The translations under genes were made by a program, and so were the position numbers. This document shows positions 9,868 to 21,296 of a stretch of 64,000 bases of DNA, in pieces. The DNA is from Candidatus Latescibacterota bacterium. Its GTDB lineage: Bacteria; Latescibacterota; UBA2968; UBA8231. The notes under the pieces were generated by a model, which was given only the letters and a program-made list of their open reading frames with translations, was not told the DNA's origin and searched no databases. The stretch covers positions 1,216,001 to 1,280,000 of the forward strand of contig OZ241867.1 of assembly GCA_965203175.1 (NCBI GenBank). Direction: 5' to 3'. Position 1 is the stretch's first letter; every line of letters starts with the position of its first letter.

Positions 9868-11163
9868 CGAAAACCTCTTTAGGATACGGCCGTCTTTAGG
9901 CGGCCGAGGAATAAAGAGCGACCTGAGCGATGGGGCCTTGGGGCCCTGCGCGAAGGCCATAAAGGGCTTGACCCGGTTTCACGGAATGGATGCCTTTAGT
10001 ATGGTGAAGCGCATCATTCAAATCCAACTCCGGCCTACGCCCGAGCAAGCGGCGGCGCTTGAAAAGACGATGTGCCGCTTCCATCTGGCGTGTAATTGGG
10101 TGGCTCAGCGGGCCTTTGAGCGCAAGCTGGCCAACCGTTATGCCTTGCACAAGCTGTACTATTATGACGTGCGCCAGCGGTTTGACCTGCCCGCGCAAAT
10201 GGCCTGTCTGACCTTTGCCCAAGTGGCCGCGGCCTATCAGCGCGACAAGCGCAAAAAGGTGTCGTTTCGCCCGCTGGCGTCGATGCCCTACGACGCGCGT
10301 CTTTTGCATTACCGAGGATTGGACCGGGTGTCACTTTCGACGCTGGCCGGTCGCATCGTCGTGCCAATGGTTATGGGTGCCTACCAAGCCGAGCAGTTTG
10401 GCCACGTCAAGGGATATGCCGAGTTGGTGCGACGGCGCGATGGCAAGTGGTTTTTGATGGCCACCATCGAGTTCGATGACGTGCCCCCGGTTGAGCCCAA
10501 CGACTTCTTCGGCGTGGACCTCGGCGTGGCGAATTTGGCCACCGACTCGGATGGGGCATGCCATTCGGGAAAAGACGTAGAGCGCATCCGCGTAAAGTGT
10601 CAGACGCTCAAGCAGCAGCTTCAGTCGGCGGCTGATAAGGCCAAAAACCACCGTGCGCGCAAACGCATGCGTAAGAAACTGCACCGACGAGCGTGCAAAG
10701 AAGCCAACTTTCGCCGAAATACGAATCACGTCCTCTCCAAGCGTATCGTTGAGAAGGCTAAAGGCACTATCCGAGGTATTGCCCTCGAAGACCTCAAGGG
10801 CATCCGCGATAGACTCCTGTTTCGCAAGCCTCAACGATCCCGCATGGCTGGATGGGGCTTCAACCAACTCAGACAGTTTATCGCCTACAAGGCTCAACAG
10901 GCCGGGGTGAAACTGCTGTTGGTTGATCCCAAGCATACCAGTCAGATGTGCGCTCAGTGTGGCCATGTCCAGCGGGCGAATCGCTCCTGTCAAGCACAGT
11001 TTTGTTGTAAGCAGTGTAGGCATAACGCCCACGCCGATTACAACGCCGCCCGGAACATCCGGGCAAGGGCTCTCGTCAACGAGCCTATAGTTTCAGCCTA
11101 TGCCGCTGCGGCGGCCGGGTAAGGCTAGGGACAAGCCGCCTCCTTGAGGGGGCGGTAGTTGAC
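9868..11163 (+). mobile_element. IS200/IS605-family element, TnpB only (IS1341-like, no tnpA)
   Basis: Left-end hairpin CGGCCGTC-TTTA-GGCGGCCG (9887-9906) preceded by guide GATA. Right-end hairpin CCGCCTCC-TTGA-GGGGGCGG (11136-11155) preceded by CAAG and ending TGAC at 11163. Removal restores permease TAA-CGCG-ATG. Confidence 0.85.
10001..11122 (+). CDS. tnpB: RNA-guided endonuclease TnpB
   Basis: N-terminal LRPTPEQ; RuvC motifs GVDLG, ALEDL, HADYNAARNI all intact; Zn ribbon CAQC...CKQC. Start may be 9986 or 10001. Confidence 0.92.
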   Translation: MVKRIIQIQLRPTPEQAAALEKTMCRFHLACNWVAQRAFERKLANRYALHKLYYYDVRQRFDLPAQMACLTFAQVAAAYQRDKRKKVSFRPLASMPYDARLLHYRGLDRVSLSTLAGRIVVPMVMGAYQAEQFGHVKGYAELVRRRDGKWFLMATIEFDDVPPVEPNDFFGVDLGVANLATDSDGACHSGKDVERIRVKCQTLKQQLQSAADKAKNHRARKRMRKKLHRRACKEANFRRNTNHVLSKRIVEKAKGTIRGIALEDLKGIRDRLLFRKPQRSRMAGWGFNQLRQFIAYKAQQAGVKLLLVDPKHTSQMCAQCGHVQRANRSCQAQFCCKQCRHNAHADYNAARNIRARALVNEPIVSAYAAAAAG

Positions 11164-11180
11164 CGCGTTATCCTTTGAGC
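10980..11180 (+). ncRNA. Predicted TnpB omega/reRNA (scaffold to 11163, guide from 11164)
   Basis: Inferred from known TnpB biology: the RNA overlaps the tnpB 3' end and right end, and the guide is flanking DNA. The 5' boundary is a guess. Confidence 0.5.
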
Positions 11181-12004
11181 CCAGATATGGAAATGCCTTC
11201 GGTGAACTCCCGTTGGATGAGAAAATACGCCAAAAGTACGGGAGCGGTCGCAATGACGGCCCCGGCCATTTGCAGGTGAACCTCGGTCCCGGCCTCACTG
11301 GCAAACTGCTGCAATCCCACTGCGATCGGACGCCAATCCGGCGTATTGGTCACTAGTAAAGGCCAAGCCAATGCGTTCCAGGAACCAATAAACGTAAACA
11401 TGCCGACCGTCAAGAGCGGTGCCCGGCACAGGGGGACCGCGATCTGAAACAAAAAGCGCACATGGCCGGCCCCCTCAATCCGGGCCGCATCCCACAGCTC
11501 GTTGGGCAGGCCGCGCATAAACTGGCGCAAGAGAAAGATGCTAAAAGCACTAGCCATAAAGGGAATGGTCAAGGCCGGCCAGCTATTGAGCCAAGCAAAC
11601 GGCGTATTGCGGTGCAGCCACGTCACGACGAGAAAATTCGGCACGATGGTCACGGCCTCGGGAATCATCAGCGTAGCCAAGACGCCGGTAAATACCACAT
11701 CGCGTCCGCGAAACTGCATGCGCGCGAGCGGATAGGCCGCCATCACCGAAAACAACAGGGTCCCGCCGACTTGTAGGACGGCGATGATCAGCGAATTCTC
11801 AAAGTAGAGACCAAAATCCGCCTCTTGCCACGCTTCGATGTAATTGTCCCATTGTACGCGCTCGGGCAGCAAGACCCGCCGCAGCGATTCGCCGCGGCTC
11901 ATAAAAGAAGCCAACAGCATCCACGCGAACGGAAAGCCCGCAGCCAGCCCCCCCAAGCTCAAGCCGCAGTAAATCAGCCTAGCTTTGCCGCCCCTAGTCG
12001 CCAT
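11168..12004 (-). CDS. Carbohydrate ABC transporter permease (MalG/UgpE-like)
   Basis: EAA motif LPNELWDAARIEGA; multiple TM segments. Confidence 0.9.
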   Translation of the reverse strand: MATRGGKARLIYCGLSLGGLAAGFPFAWMLLASFMSRGESLRRVLLPERVQWDNYIEAWQEADFGLYFENSLIIAVLQVGGTLLFSVMAAYPLARMQFRGRDVVFTGVLATLMIPEAVTIVPNFLVVTWLHRNTPFAWLNSWPALTIPFMASAFSIFLLRQFMRGLPNELWDAARIEGAGHVRFLFQIAVPLCRAPLLTVGMFTFIGSWNALAWPLLVTNTPDWRPIAVGLQQFASEAGTEVHLQMAGAVIATAPVLLAYFLIQREFTEGISISGLKG

Positions 12005-13133
12005 AAAACACCCGCCTGCCGAGCACCCGGTTTTGCAGCAGCGTCAACGCCAAAATCGCGATGAAGAGCACAAAGGCCATCGCCGAGGCATAGCCGGCGT
12101 TGTGGTACTCAAAAATTTGGTCGAAAATGGCAATACTGAGCACGTCGACCGAGTCGCGGGCACCGGGCGTCCGCAGGATATACACGTGATTAAAAGCTTT
12201 GAAGGTCCCAATGACGGCTACCATCGATAAAAAGAACAGGGTTGGCGACACCAAGGGCAGGGTAACGTGGCGGAAGACTTGCCACTCGCCGGCGCCGTCC
12301 ATCTCCGCGGCCTCGTAGTATTGCTTGGGGATCGCACTGAGGCCAGCCAGTAAAATCACCGTATCGTAGCCGACGTAGACCCAAATGTTGTAGAGGATAA
12401 TCGAGGTCAGAGCCAAGCTCGGGAAGACGCTGTCCACCCACGCGGGGTGCGAAGCAAAACCGGCTCCTTCTAGTAACAGGGCGACGACGGACTTGCTCTC
12501 GTAGAGCCAGCGCTGATTCTCCAGCCCCCAAAAGCTCCAAAAGCGGTTGGCCAACGAGGAGGGGTGCGGGCTAAAGATAGTGCGAAAAACCACGGCTGAG
12601 GCGATAATCGGCGTGACATACGGTAGAAAAAACAGCGTGCGAAACGCGCCTCTGGCCCGCGTGATCTTGAAGAGCAAATACGCCAGTCCAGTGGCCAAGC
12701 CCAGTTGGAACGGGATCGTCCCAACCGCGTAGAAAAATGTGACCTTGAAGCCGTTGTACAGCGCTGGATCACCCGTCTCGACTAGGCCACCCAACCCCCG
12801 AGCCAATCCCACCCAAAGTCCCAACAGTGCGACCGCGCCCCAAGCAATGCGGACATAAAGGGGACGCAGACCGCGCTTGACTAACGAGGCGCGCAGGCGA
12901 TAGGCCGCCCAAACGAGACCGATTCCGGCGACAAAGGGCAACAGATACTGCGGGTCCCCCAAGGCGCGGACATAGTGGTCTAATCCAACCACCGCTTCCT
13001 TTTTGATCCGCCACCTGTGTAGGCTGACGTACAGGGCATAGCCAATAGGGAAGAGTCCAAACGCGCCCAGCACGACAAGTGCCGGCGCGAGGAGGCCCCA
13101 AGCAAGCTGTTGTTCTCTGCTGCGGGTACTCAT
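11994..13133 (-). CDS. Carbohydrate ABC transporter permease (MalF/UgpA-like)
   Basis: EAA motif IPKQYYEAAEMDGA; GYASAMA. Confidence 0.9.
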   Translation of the reverse strand: MSTRSREQQLAWGLLAPALVVLGAFGLFPIGYALYVSLHRWRIKKEAVVGLDHYVRALGDPQYLLPFVAGIGLVWAAYRLRASLVKRGLRPLYVRIAWGAVALLGLWVGLARGLGGLVETGDPALYNGFKVTFFYAVGTIPFQLGLATGLAYLLFKITRARGAFRTLFFLPYVTPIIASAVVFRTIFSPHPSSLANRFWSFWGLENQRWLYESKSVVALLLEGAGFASHPAWVDSVFPSLALTSIILYNIWVYVGYDTVILLAGLSAIPKQYYEAAEMDGAGEWQVFRHVTLPLVSPTLFFLSMVAVIGTFKAFNHVYILRTPGARDSVDVLSIAIFDQIFEYHNAGYASAMAFVLFIAILALTLLQNRVLGRRVFYGD

Positions 13134-13211
13134 CGGCGTGCGATAATGCTGAGGGAGAAGCTAAATGCGGGGAGATTGCGGCCTCGTCCCGATCCTCGAC
13201 AGGATGAGGCC

Positions 13212-13249
13212 AAAATAAGAAGGCTCCTGAAGCGTTCCCTTCAGGAGCC
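13212..13249 (-). terminator. Intrinsic terminator after the tRNA cluster
   Basis: GGCTCCTGAAG/CTTCAGGAGCC 11-bp stem followed on the minus strand by TTCTTATTTT. Confidence 0.75.
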
Positions 13250-13254
13250 GATAT

Positions 13255-13330
13255 TGGCTGCCCCCCTAGGGCTCGAACCTAGAACCTCCTGATCCAGAGT
13301 CAGGCGCACTTCCAATTGTGCTAGAGGGCA
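13255..13330 (-). tRNA. tRNA-Gln(CTG)
   Basis: Cloverleaf; anticodon arm CCTGA-CT-CTG-GA-TCAGG; GGTTCGAG; CCA end. Confidence 0.95.
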
Positions 13331-13342
13331 ACTAGCGCAAAT

Positions 13343-13436
<94 letters not shown>

Positions 13437-13458
13437 GCGACCTTCGCAAAATAAACTT

Positions 13459-13500
13459 TTGACGTGCTCCCATCGCTAAAGAGGATGGGATTGTGGCGGC
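13459..13500 (-). mobile_element. Miniature IS200/IS605-type remnant (single hairpin, TTGAT|...TCAA|)
   Basis: Minus strand reads TTGAT|GCCGCCACAATCCCATCCTCTTTAGCGATGGGAGCACGTCAA|. Confidence 0.6.
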
Positions 13501-13513
13501 ATCAAATGGTAAA

Positions 13514-13600
13514 TGGCGGAGGGTGAGGGACTCGAACCCTCAAGGGCGTGAGCCCGGCGGTTTTCAAGACCGCTGCCTTACCAATTAGGTCTAACCCTCC
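13514..13600 (-). tRNA. tRNA-Ser(TGA)
   Basis: Anticodon arm GCGGT-CT-TGA-AA-ACCGC, variable arm, GTTCGAGTC, GCCA end. Confidence 0.95.
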
Positions 13601-13644
13601 TTTTCTCGGTAAGGAGAAAAATATACGTGAGGCACTATTTTAGG

Positions 13645-16149
13645 TCAACCCGAGGTCTGCTCATCGGCCGCGCCGTTTTCCCGACTGCCCTCGTCTTCGT
13701 CCTCGCTGATGGGCAGGGGGGCCATGTCGATAACGCGGTCGCCCTCGTCCAGATTGATCAACCTGACTCCTTGGGTATTGCGCCCAATGGTGGATACCCC
13801 CTGTACGGGTATGCGGATCATAATACCGTTCTGGGTTATCACCATGACCTCCTCTTCAGATTCGATCTCCCTACAGGCCACTACGGAGCCGTTGCGCGGG
13901 GAGGTCTTGATGTCGATGACGCCTTGGCCGGCGCGGTGCTTGCTGGGGTACTCGGTCTGGCCAGTGCGCTTGCCATAACCGTTTTCGCAGATGGTTAGCA
14001 AGGTGCTGCTCTCGCGCACTACGACCATGTCCACAACCTCGTCCCCTTGGCGCAATTTAATGCCCTTAACGCCCGTGGAAACCCGGCCCATTGACCGGAC
14101 ATCGCTTTCGCCGAAGCGCATGGCTTGGCCGTTGCGCGTCAATAGGGCAATATCCTGCTGTCCGTCGGTGATGGCCGCCCCAATTAGGTCGTCGTCATCC
14201 TGGATCTTCAGGGCGATGATTCCGTCGCGGCGGATGTTCTGGTAGGCCGAAAGCCTAGTTTTCTTGACAATGCCGTTGCGCGTAGCCGTGAACAAGTACC
14301 GATCGTCGGAGAACTCTCGGACTGGTACGATGGCGCATATTTGGTCGTCTTGGTCGAGTGGCAACAGGTTGGCTATCGACCGGCCCTGAGCCGTGCGGTC
14401 GCCTTCGGGTATGCGAAAGACCTTAAGCCAGTAACATTTGCCCTTGGCAGTCAAGAACATGATATAGGAATGGGTCGAAGCCACGAAGAGGTGTTCAACA
14501 AAGTCCTCTTCCTTGGTTTTCATACCCGTCACCCCGCGCCCTCCGCGATTCTGTACTCGGTAGGCCCTAGGAGGCAGGCGCTTGATATAGCCACTGCGCG
14601 AGATGGTGACGACCATGTCCTCTTCGGCAATCAAGTCCTCAATGTCGAATTCCTCGGCTGCATAGACGATCTCGGTGCGGCGCTCGTCGCCGAAGCGCTC
14701 GGTGATCTCATCAATCTCGTCCTTGATGATCTGCATCTGCCGCTCGCGGCTGGCGAGGATCCCCCTCTGGTCCTCTATCGTCGTCATCAACCCCTTGTAT
14801 TCGTCCTCAATTTTATCGCGTTCCAAACCCGTCAAGCGCTGCAACGGCATGCTCAGGATGGCTTGGACCTGCCGCTCGCTTAACTCGATAGTACTGTCTG
14901 CTGTCGGGCGGATGACCGCCAGCCGCTCTTGGGCATCTGCTGGACTCGACGAGCGGCGGATGGTCTCAATCACTAGGTCAATGTGATCTAGGGCGATGCG
15001 CAGGCCTTCTAAGATGTGCGCCCGGGCTTCGGCCCGCTCCAAATCGTATTGCGTGCGGCGCACGATCACGTCATGGCGGTGATCGATGTAGTGCTGCAGC
15101 ATCTGCTTGAGATTGAGCGTCTCAGGACGGCCATTGACAATGGCCAGCATCATTACTCCATAGGTGGTCTGCAACATGCTATGGCTATAGAGCTGGTTGA
15201 GCACGACTTCGGCTTGGGCTTCTCTCTTGCACTCAAATACGATGCGCAGCCCCTTGCGGCCCGACTCGTCGCGAATATTGGCAAGTCCGTCAATGGTCTT
15301 GTCGCGCACCAAATCGGCTATTTTTTCTAATAAGCTGGCCTTGTTTACCAAGAAGGGGATTTCGGTGACGACGATGTTCTCGCGGCCGTTCTTGAGGGTT
15401 TCAATATCCGCCCGAGCTCTGATGTAGATCAGCCCCCTACCCGTTGCGTAGGCCTGCTGTACTCCGCTCATGCCGTAGATGATCCCGCCGGTGGGAAAAT
15501 CTGGAGCTTTGACGTGATCAAGCAGCTCGGCAATGGAAATTTCGGGATGATCGATCAGCGCCTTGAGGCCACTGGCGACTTCCCGCAGGTTGTGCGGCGG
15601 GATCTTGGTGGCCATGCCGACGGCAATGCCCATAGAGCCGTTGCATATCAGGTTGGGGAACCTAGACGGCAACACCAGAGGCTCTTGCTGGGTCTCGTCG
15701 TAGTTGCTGGCGAATTCGACGGTGTTCTTGTCGAGATCCGCTAGCAGTTCCATCGCTGGCCAGCTCAGCCTCGCCTCCGTATAGCGCATGGCCGCCGGAG
15801 GGTAGCCGTCAATTGAACCGAAGTTGCCCTGGCCTTGGACCAGCGGATAGCGCAAGCGAAAGTTCTGTGCCATATGCACTAGCGTCGGATAGACAATATC
15901 TTCGCCATGCGGGTGGTAGTTGCCAGAGGTGTCGCCGGCAATTTTGGCGCATTTGCGGTAACCGCGGTTGGGAAAAAGGCTTAGGTCGTTCATCGCTACC
16001 AAGATGCGGCGCTGGGACGGCTTGAGACCGTCGCGGACATCGGGTAGGGCACGCGACCGTATGAAGCTCATGGAATAGTCGAGGAAGGAGGTTTTGAGCT
16101 CCTCCTCAATCTTGACCCGCAGGACCCGGCTTTCTTGTTGTTCGAGCAT
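13645..16149 (-). CDS. gyrA: DNA gyrase subunit A
   Basis: [19 protein letters not shown] catalytic Tyr, GyrA-box QNRGGRG, C-terminal pinwheel repeats. Confidence 0.97.
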   Translation of the reverse strand: MLEQQESRVLRVKIEEELKTSFLDYSMSFIRSRALPDVRDGLKPSQRRILVAMNDLSLFPNRGYRKCAKIAGDTSGNYHPHGEDIVYPTLVHMAQNFRLRYPLVQGQGNFGSIDGYPPAAMRYTEARLSWPAMELLADLDKNTVEFASNYDETQQEPLVLPSRFPNLICNGSMGIAVGMATKIPPHNLREVASGLKALIDHPEISIAELLDHVKAPDFPTGGIIYGMSGVQQAYATGRGLIYIRARADIETLKNGRENIVVTEIPFLVNKASLLEKIADLVRDKTIDGLANIRDESGRKGLRIVFECKREAQAEVVLNQLYSHSMLQTTYGVMMLAIVNGRPETLNLKQMLQHYIDHRHDVIVRRTQYDLERAEARAHILEGLRIALDHIDLVIETIRRSSSPADAQERLAVIRPTADSTIELSERQVQAILSMPLQRLTGLERDKIEDEYKGLMTTIEDQRGILASRERQMQIIKDEIDEITERFGDERRTEIVYAAEEFDIEDLIAEEDMVVTISRSGYIKRLPPRAYRVQNRGGRGVTGMKTKEEDFVEHLFVASTHSYIMFLTAKGKCYWLKVFRIPEGDRTAQGRSIANLLPLDQDDQICAIVPVREFSDDRYLFTATRNGIVKKTRLSAYQNIRRDGIIALKIQDDDDLIGAAITDGQQDIALLTRNGQAMRFGESDVRSMGRVSTGVKGIKLRQGDEVVDMVVVRESSTLLTICENGYGKRTGQTEYPSKHRAGQGVIDIKTSPRNGSVVACREIESEEEVMVITQNGIMIRIPVQGVSTIGRNTQGVRLINLDEGDRVIDMAPLPISEDEDEGSRENGAADEQTSG

Positions 16150-16172
16150 TAATTTAATCCTAGCTTTTTAGT

Positions 16173-18461
<2,289 letters not shown>

Positions 18462-18487
<26 letters not shown>

Positions 18488-19550
18488 AACGAGCTCCCTG
18501 CCTTGCGTTAGGCTCTTGAGGGGTCGTCGCTATGACCTGTTCAAACTCACCTACTATGTCCAATAGCTCTCCTATCCGGCCTGAATCCAACTCAGAAAAA
18601 GCATCATCTAAGAGCAGTACGGGTTGCCGACCTGTTTGCTCCTCCATGTAACGGGCCTCGGCCAGCTTCCACGATATGAGTACGGTTCTTAGCTGGCCCT
18701 CGGAGGCATAGACTTCAGCCGGTTCTTCGTTCAACGTGAATTTCAAATCATCGCGGTGCGGCCCACAGAGCGTATGGCCTATTTGGGTCTCCTGTTCCCT
18801 GCGGCGACTGAGTGCTTCGCTCAATTCGGCTCTAAGGGCCTCTAAGCCCTGTTCCTTGATACCTTGATAGACAACGGCGACCTCTTCGCCAGCTAAGGCG
18901 AAGCGACCGTAATAGTCGAGAAAAGGCGCTCTCAACGCATCCAGCGCCTCCAAGCGGTGTAGCCGAAGTTGGGCACCCAAATCCACCAACTGGGCATTCC
19001 ACGGTTCTATTACCTGACTATCGACAAACCCGCGCCCCGACCTCTTTGCGGCGCGCAATAAGTGGTTTCGCTGGGCCAGCACGCGGTAGTAGCGCTGCAT
19101 ACACCGCAAGTACGCGGCGCTAGACTGCGAGATAAGTATGTCGAGCAGCCGCCTTCGCTGGGCCGGGAAGCGCAGTACCAGCGATACGTCTTCAGGAGAG
19201 AAATGAACTGTGCGGAAGGTGCCGAGCAATTCCGATACTCGGGGCAAGGGACTGGCATCAACAAATGCCTTCTTGCCTTCCTTTTTATTGTAAAAGACGC
19301 GTACTTGCTGGTCGTGGCGACCATCCGTACACAAGGCCCGGATGTCAAAGAAGTCCTCGCCGTGCGGCACGACGTGTTGATCCTTGGCCCCGCGCACTGA
19401 TTTACCGATAGATAGGTAGGAAATAGCTTCTAAGATATTGCTTTTGCCGCGGCCGTTCGGGCCAAAAATCAGCACGTGATCCGCTGCAAAGCTCAAGCGA
19501 ATTGCGGCAAAATTTCGGAAGGGTCTCAGCGTTAATTCACGAATCCGCAC
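18462..19550 (-). CDS. recF: DNA replication/repair protein RecF
   Basis: FRNF, GPNGRGKSNILEAI, GPHRDDL, LLLDDAFSELD. Confidence 0.95.
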
Positions 19551-19564
19551 TATTCCTGCTTACC

Positions 19565-20728
19565 TCATCCTGTTGGCCGCAGGGGCATTAGTAAGCAGAA
19601 GTAGTCCTCACCTTCCTTTTGTTCCACCGGCCGCAACAGAGCTGCTGTGACGTGGTCATTGAGCTCAAAACGGACCTCGGACGCGTCCATTCTGCGCAGG
19701 ATATCCATCAGATACTGGGCGTTGTAGCCAACCTCTATCTCTTCAGAGGCGTATTGGGCTGGCACGACCTCCCTCGCCTCGCCACCGATCTCGGGGCTGG
19801 CAGCCGATAGCTCCACCTGGCCGCTATTTAGCTTAAAGCGCACTTGACGCGTATAAGAACTAGAGAGAATGGATACCCGGCGTACGGCCGGCAGAAGATC
19901 TTCGCTAGCTATTCTTAATTCTTTTTTGTTGTTTTGAGGAATAACTTGGGCATAGTTGACATAAGGTCCCTCAATCAGACGCGACAGCAAATGCGTGTGT
20001 CCTATATCAAACAGGACCTGTGTCTCGCCCAGCGTGACATTGACCGGCTCCTTATGGCCACCCAGCAATTTGACGATCTGGTTCAATGCTTGGGGGGGGA
20101 CGATGACCGCGGTCTCTTGGTCGTCTTTTACCTGATCCTGTAGATCTATTTCTAGTCTGCAACAGGCTAAGCGCGACCCATCGGTAGCCACCATCTCCAT
20201 TCCCTGAGTATCGATGCGCCAGAGCACCCCGTTGAACACTGGACGCGTATCATCGCCGGAGACGGCAAAGGCTGTCTTGTTGATCATGTCTATTAGGACA
20301 TTAGTCTCGGCCCCGTCCTCCCCTAAACTCAGGCTTACACCGTCAAGTGCTGCCGGCATACTGGGGAATTCTTCCGCTTCTATTCCCGATAGGCTATACG
20401 CTCCTTCGCTGCTCTCGACGGCCCCGGGCCGCCCTGAGAGCTTGAGTCGCTCGTCTTGGACCTCAATACTCAACTCCGCCTCGGGCCATTCTCGGGTGAT
20501 TTCTGCCAGCTTGCGAGCCGAAACAGTCGTCCTCCCTTCCTCTTCTACTACAGCAGCGACTTGAGTTCGGATGGACAAATCTAAATCCGTCGCAGCTAGG
20601 GATAGGGTGTCCCCATCGGCTTCAAGTAGGATATTAGCCAACACCGGTAGGGAAGGCTTTGAAGACACGGCTTCTAATACAGTATCAATGCCCTGCCACA
20701 ATTCATTGCGATTTACTCTTAACTTCAT
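19565..20728 (-). CDS. dnaN: DNA polymerase III beta clamp
   Basis: ATDLD, ATDGSRL, LIEG.Y..Y..VIP, C-terminal LLMPLR. Confidence 0.97.
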   Translation of the reverse strand: MKLRVNRNELWQGIDTVLEAVSSKPSLPVLANILLEADGDTLSLAATDLDLSIRTQVAAVVEEEGRTTVSARKLAEITREWPEAELSIEVQDERLKLSGRPGAVESSEGAYSLSGIEAEEFPSMPAALDGVSLSLGEDGAETNVLIDMINKTAFAVSGDDTRPVFNGVLWRIDTQGMEMVATDGSRLACCRLEIDLQDQVKDDQETAVIVPPQALNQIVKLLGGHKEPVNVTLGETQVLFDIGHTHLLSRLIEGPYVNYAQVIPQNNKKELRIASEDLLPAVRRVSILSSSYTRQVRFKLNSGQVELSAASPEIGGEAREVVPAQYASEEIEVGYNAQYLMDILRRMDASEVRFELNDHVTAALLRPVEQKEGEDYFCLLMPLRPTG

Positions 20729-21296
20729 ACTGCTTCTCAGATGATCCTTCTGCCTGTTTAAAAAACGTTGTTCTTAAAACACTTACATACAAATTTAGCT
20801 TCTGTACTTATTTATGTCAAGGTTCTATTATATAGTGCCCCATTTTTTGCATAAGAGAGAACATAAGAGCAGGTGTGTATAAAAAAACAGAAAGGTGTGT
20901 AATAAGAGTAGTGGCTTAATCCACATTGGTCTTTTAATAAAACTACACTTTTTTGTGTTCTTTTATTTTTTGAAGTTCTAGTTGTACTGTGGATATGTGG
21001 ATAACAGTATTGGAGATTTATTTATATGCAATAAAAATTGTTGTTAATAAAACACTTAAACAACAAAGGGATAACTGCCGGTGAATGCTGGGTCTGTGGA
21101 TTGTCGAGTGGAAAAGTTGAGTTTTGCACAGGCCAGAGGTTAAAAATGCCTGTTTTCTTTTTTGCACAGATTTATCCACATTGAATCAATACCTGGGCGG
21201 GGATAGATGTTAATAGTTTTCCACTGCCAAATAGGCACTATTGTGGTGAAAAATACAGACAGAGGGGACCTAAGACGGCTAAAGAGATGGGGTGGA
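20729..21296. other. oriC (dnaA-dnaN intergenic): AT-rich with a DnaA-box cluster
   Basis: Consensus boxes at 20874-20882 (TGTGTATAA), 20996-21004 (TGTGGATAA) and 21172-21180 (TTATCCACA), plus near matches at 20988, 21107, 21122, 21160 and 21217. Confidence 0.85.
20792..20820 (-). promoter_or_regulatory. Sigma70-type promoter for dnaN
   Basis: TTGACA-N17-TAAATT on the minus strand. Confidence 0.65.

Noticed and set aside
9868-9960. N-terminal extension of the SBP ORF (MAFAQGPK...)
   Set aside because: It lies inside the IS left end; the lipoprotein signal starts at ATG 9867.
9868-11163. IStron (group I intron plus TnpB) interpretation
   Set aside because: The element is antisense to the host operon and intergenic, and only about 130 nt precede tnpB, too little for an intron core.
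13181-13210. Second hairpin downstream of the tRNA terminator
   Set aside because: Imperfect, single copy, with no family features.
14881-14925. Short insertion [12 protein letters not shown] in GyrA
   Set aside because: This region varies in length among GyrA proteins and there is no repeat or palindrome signature.
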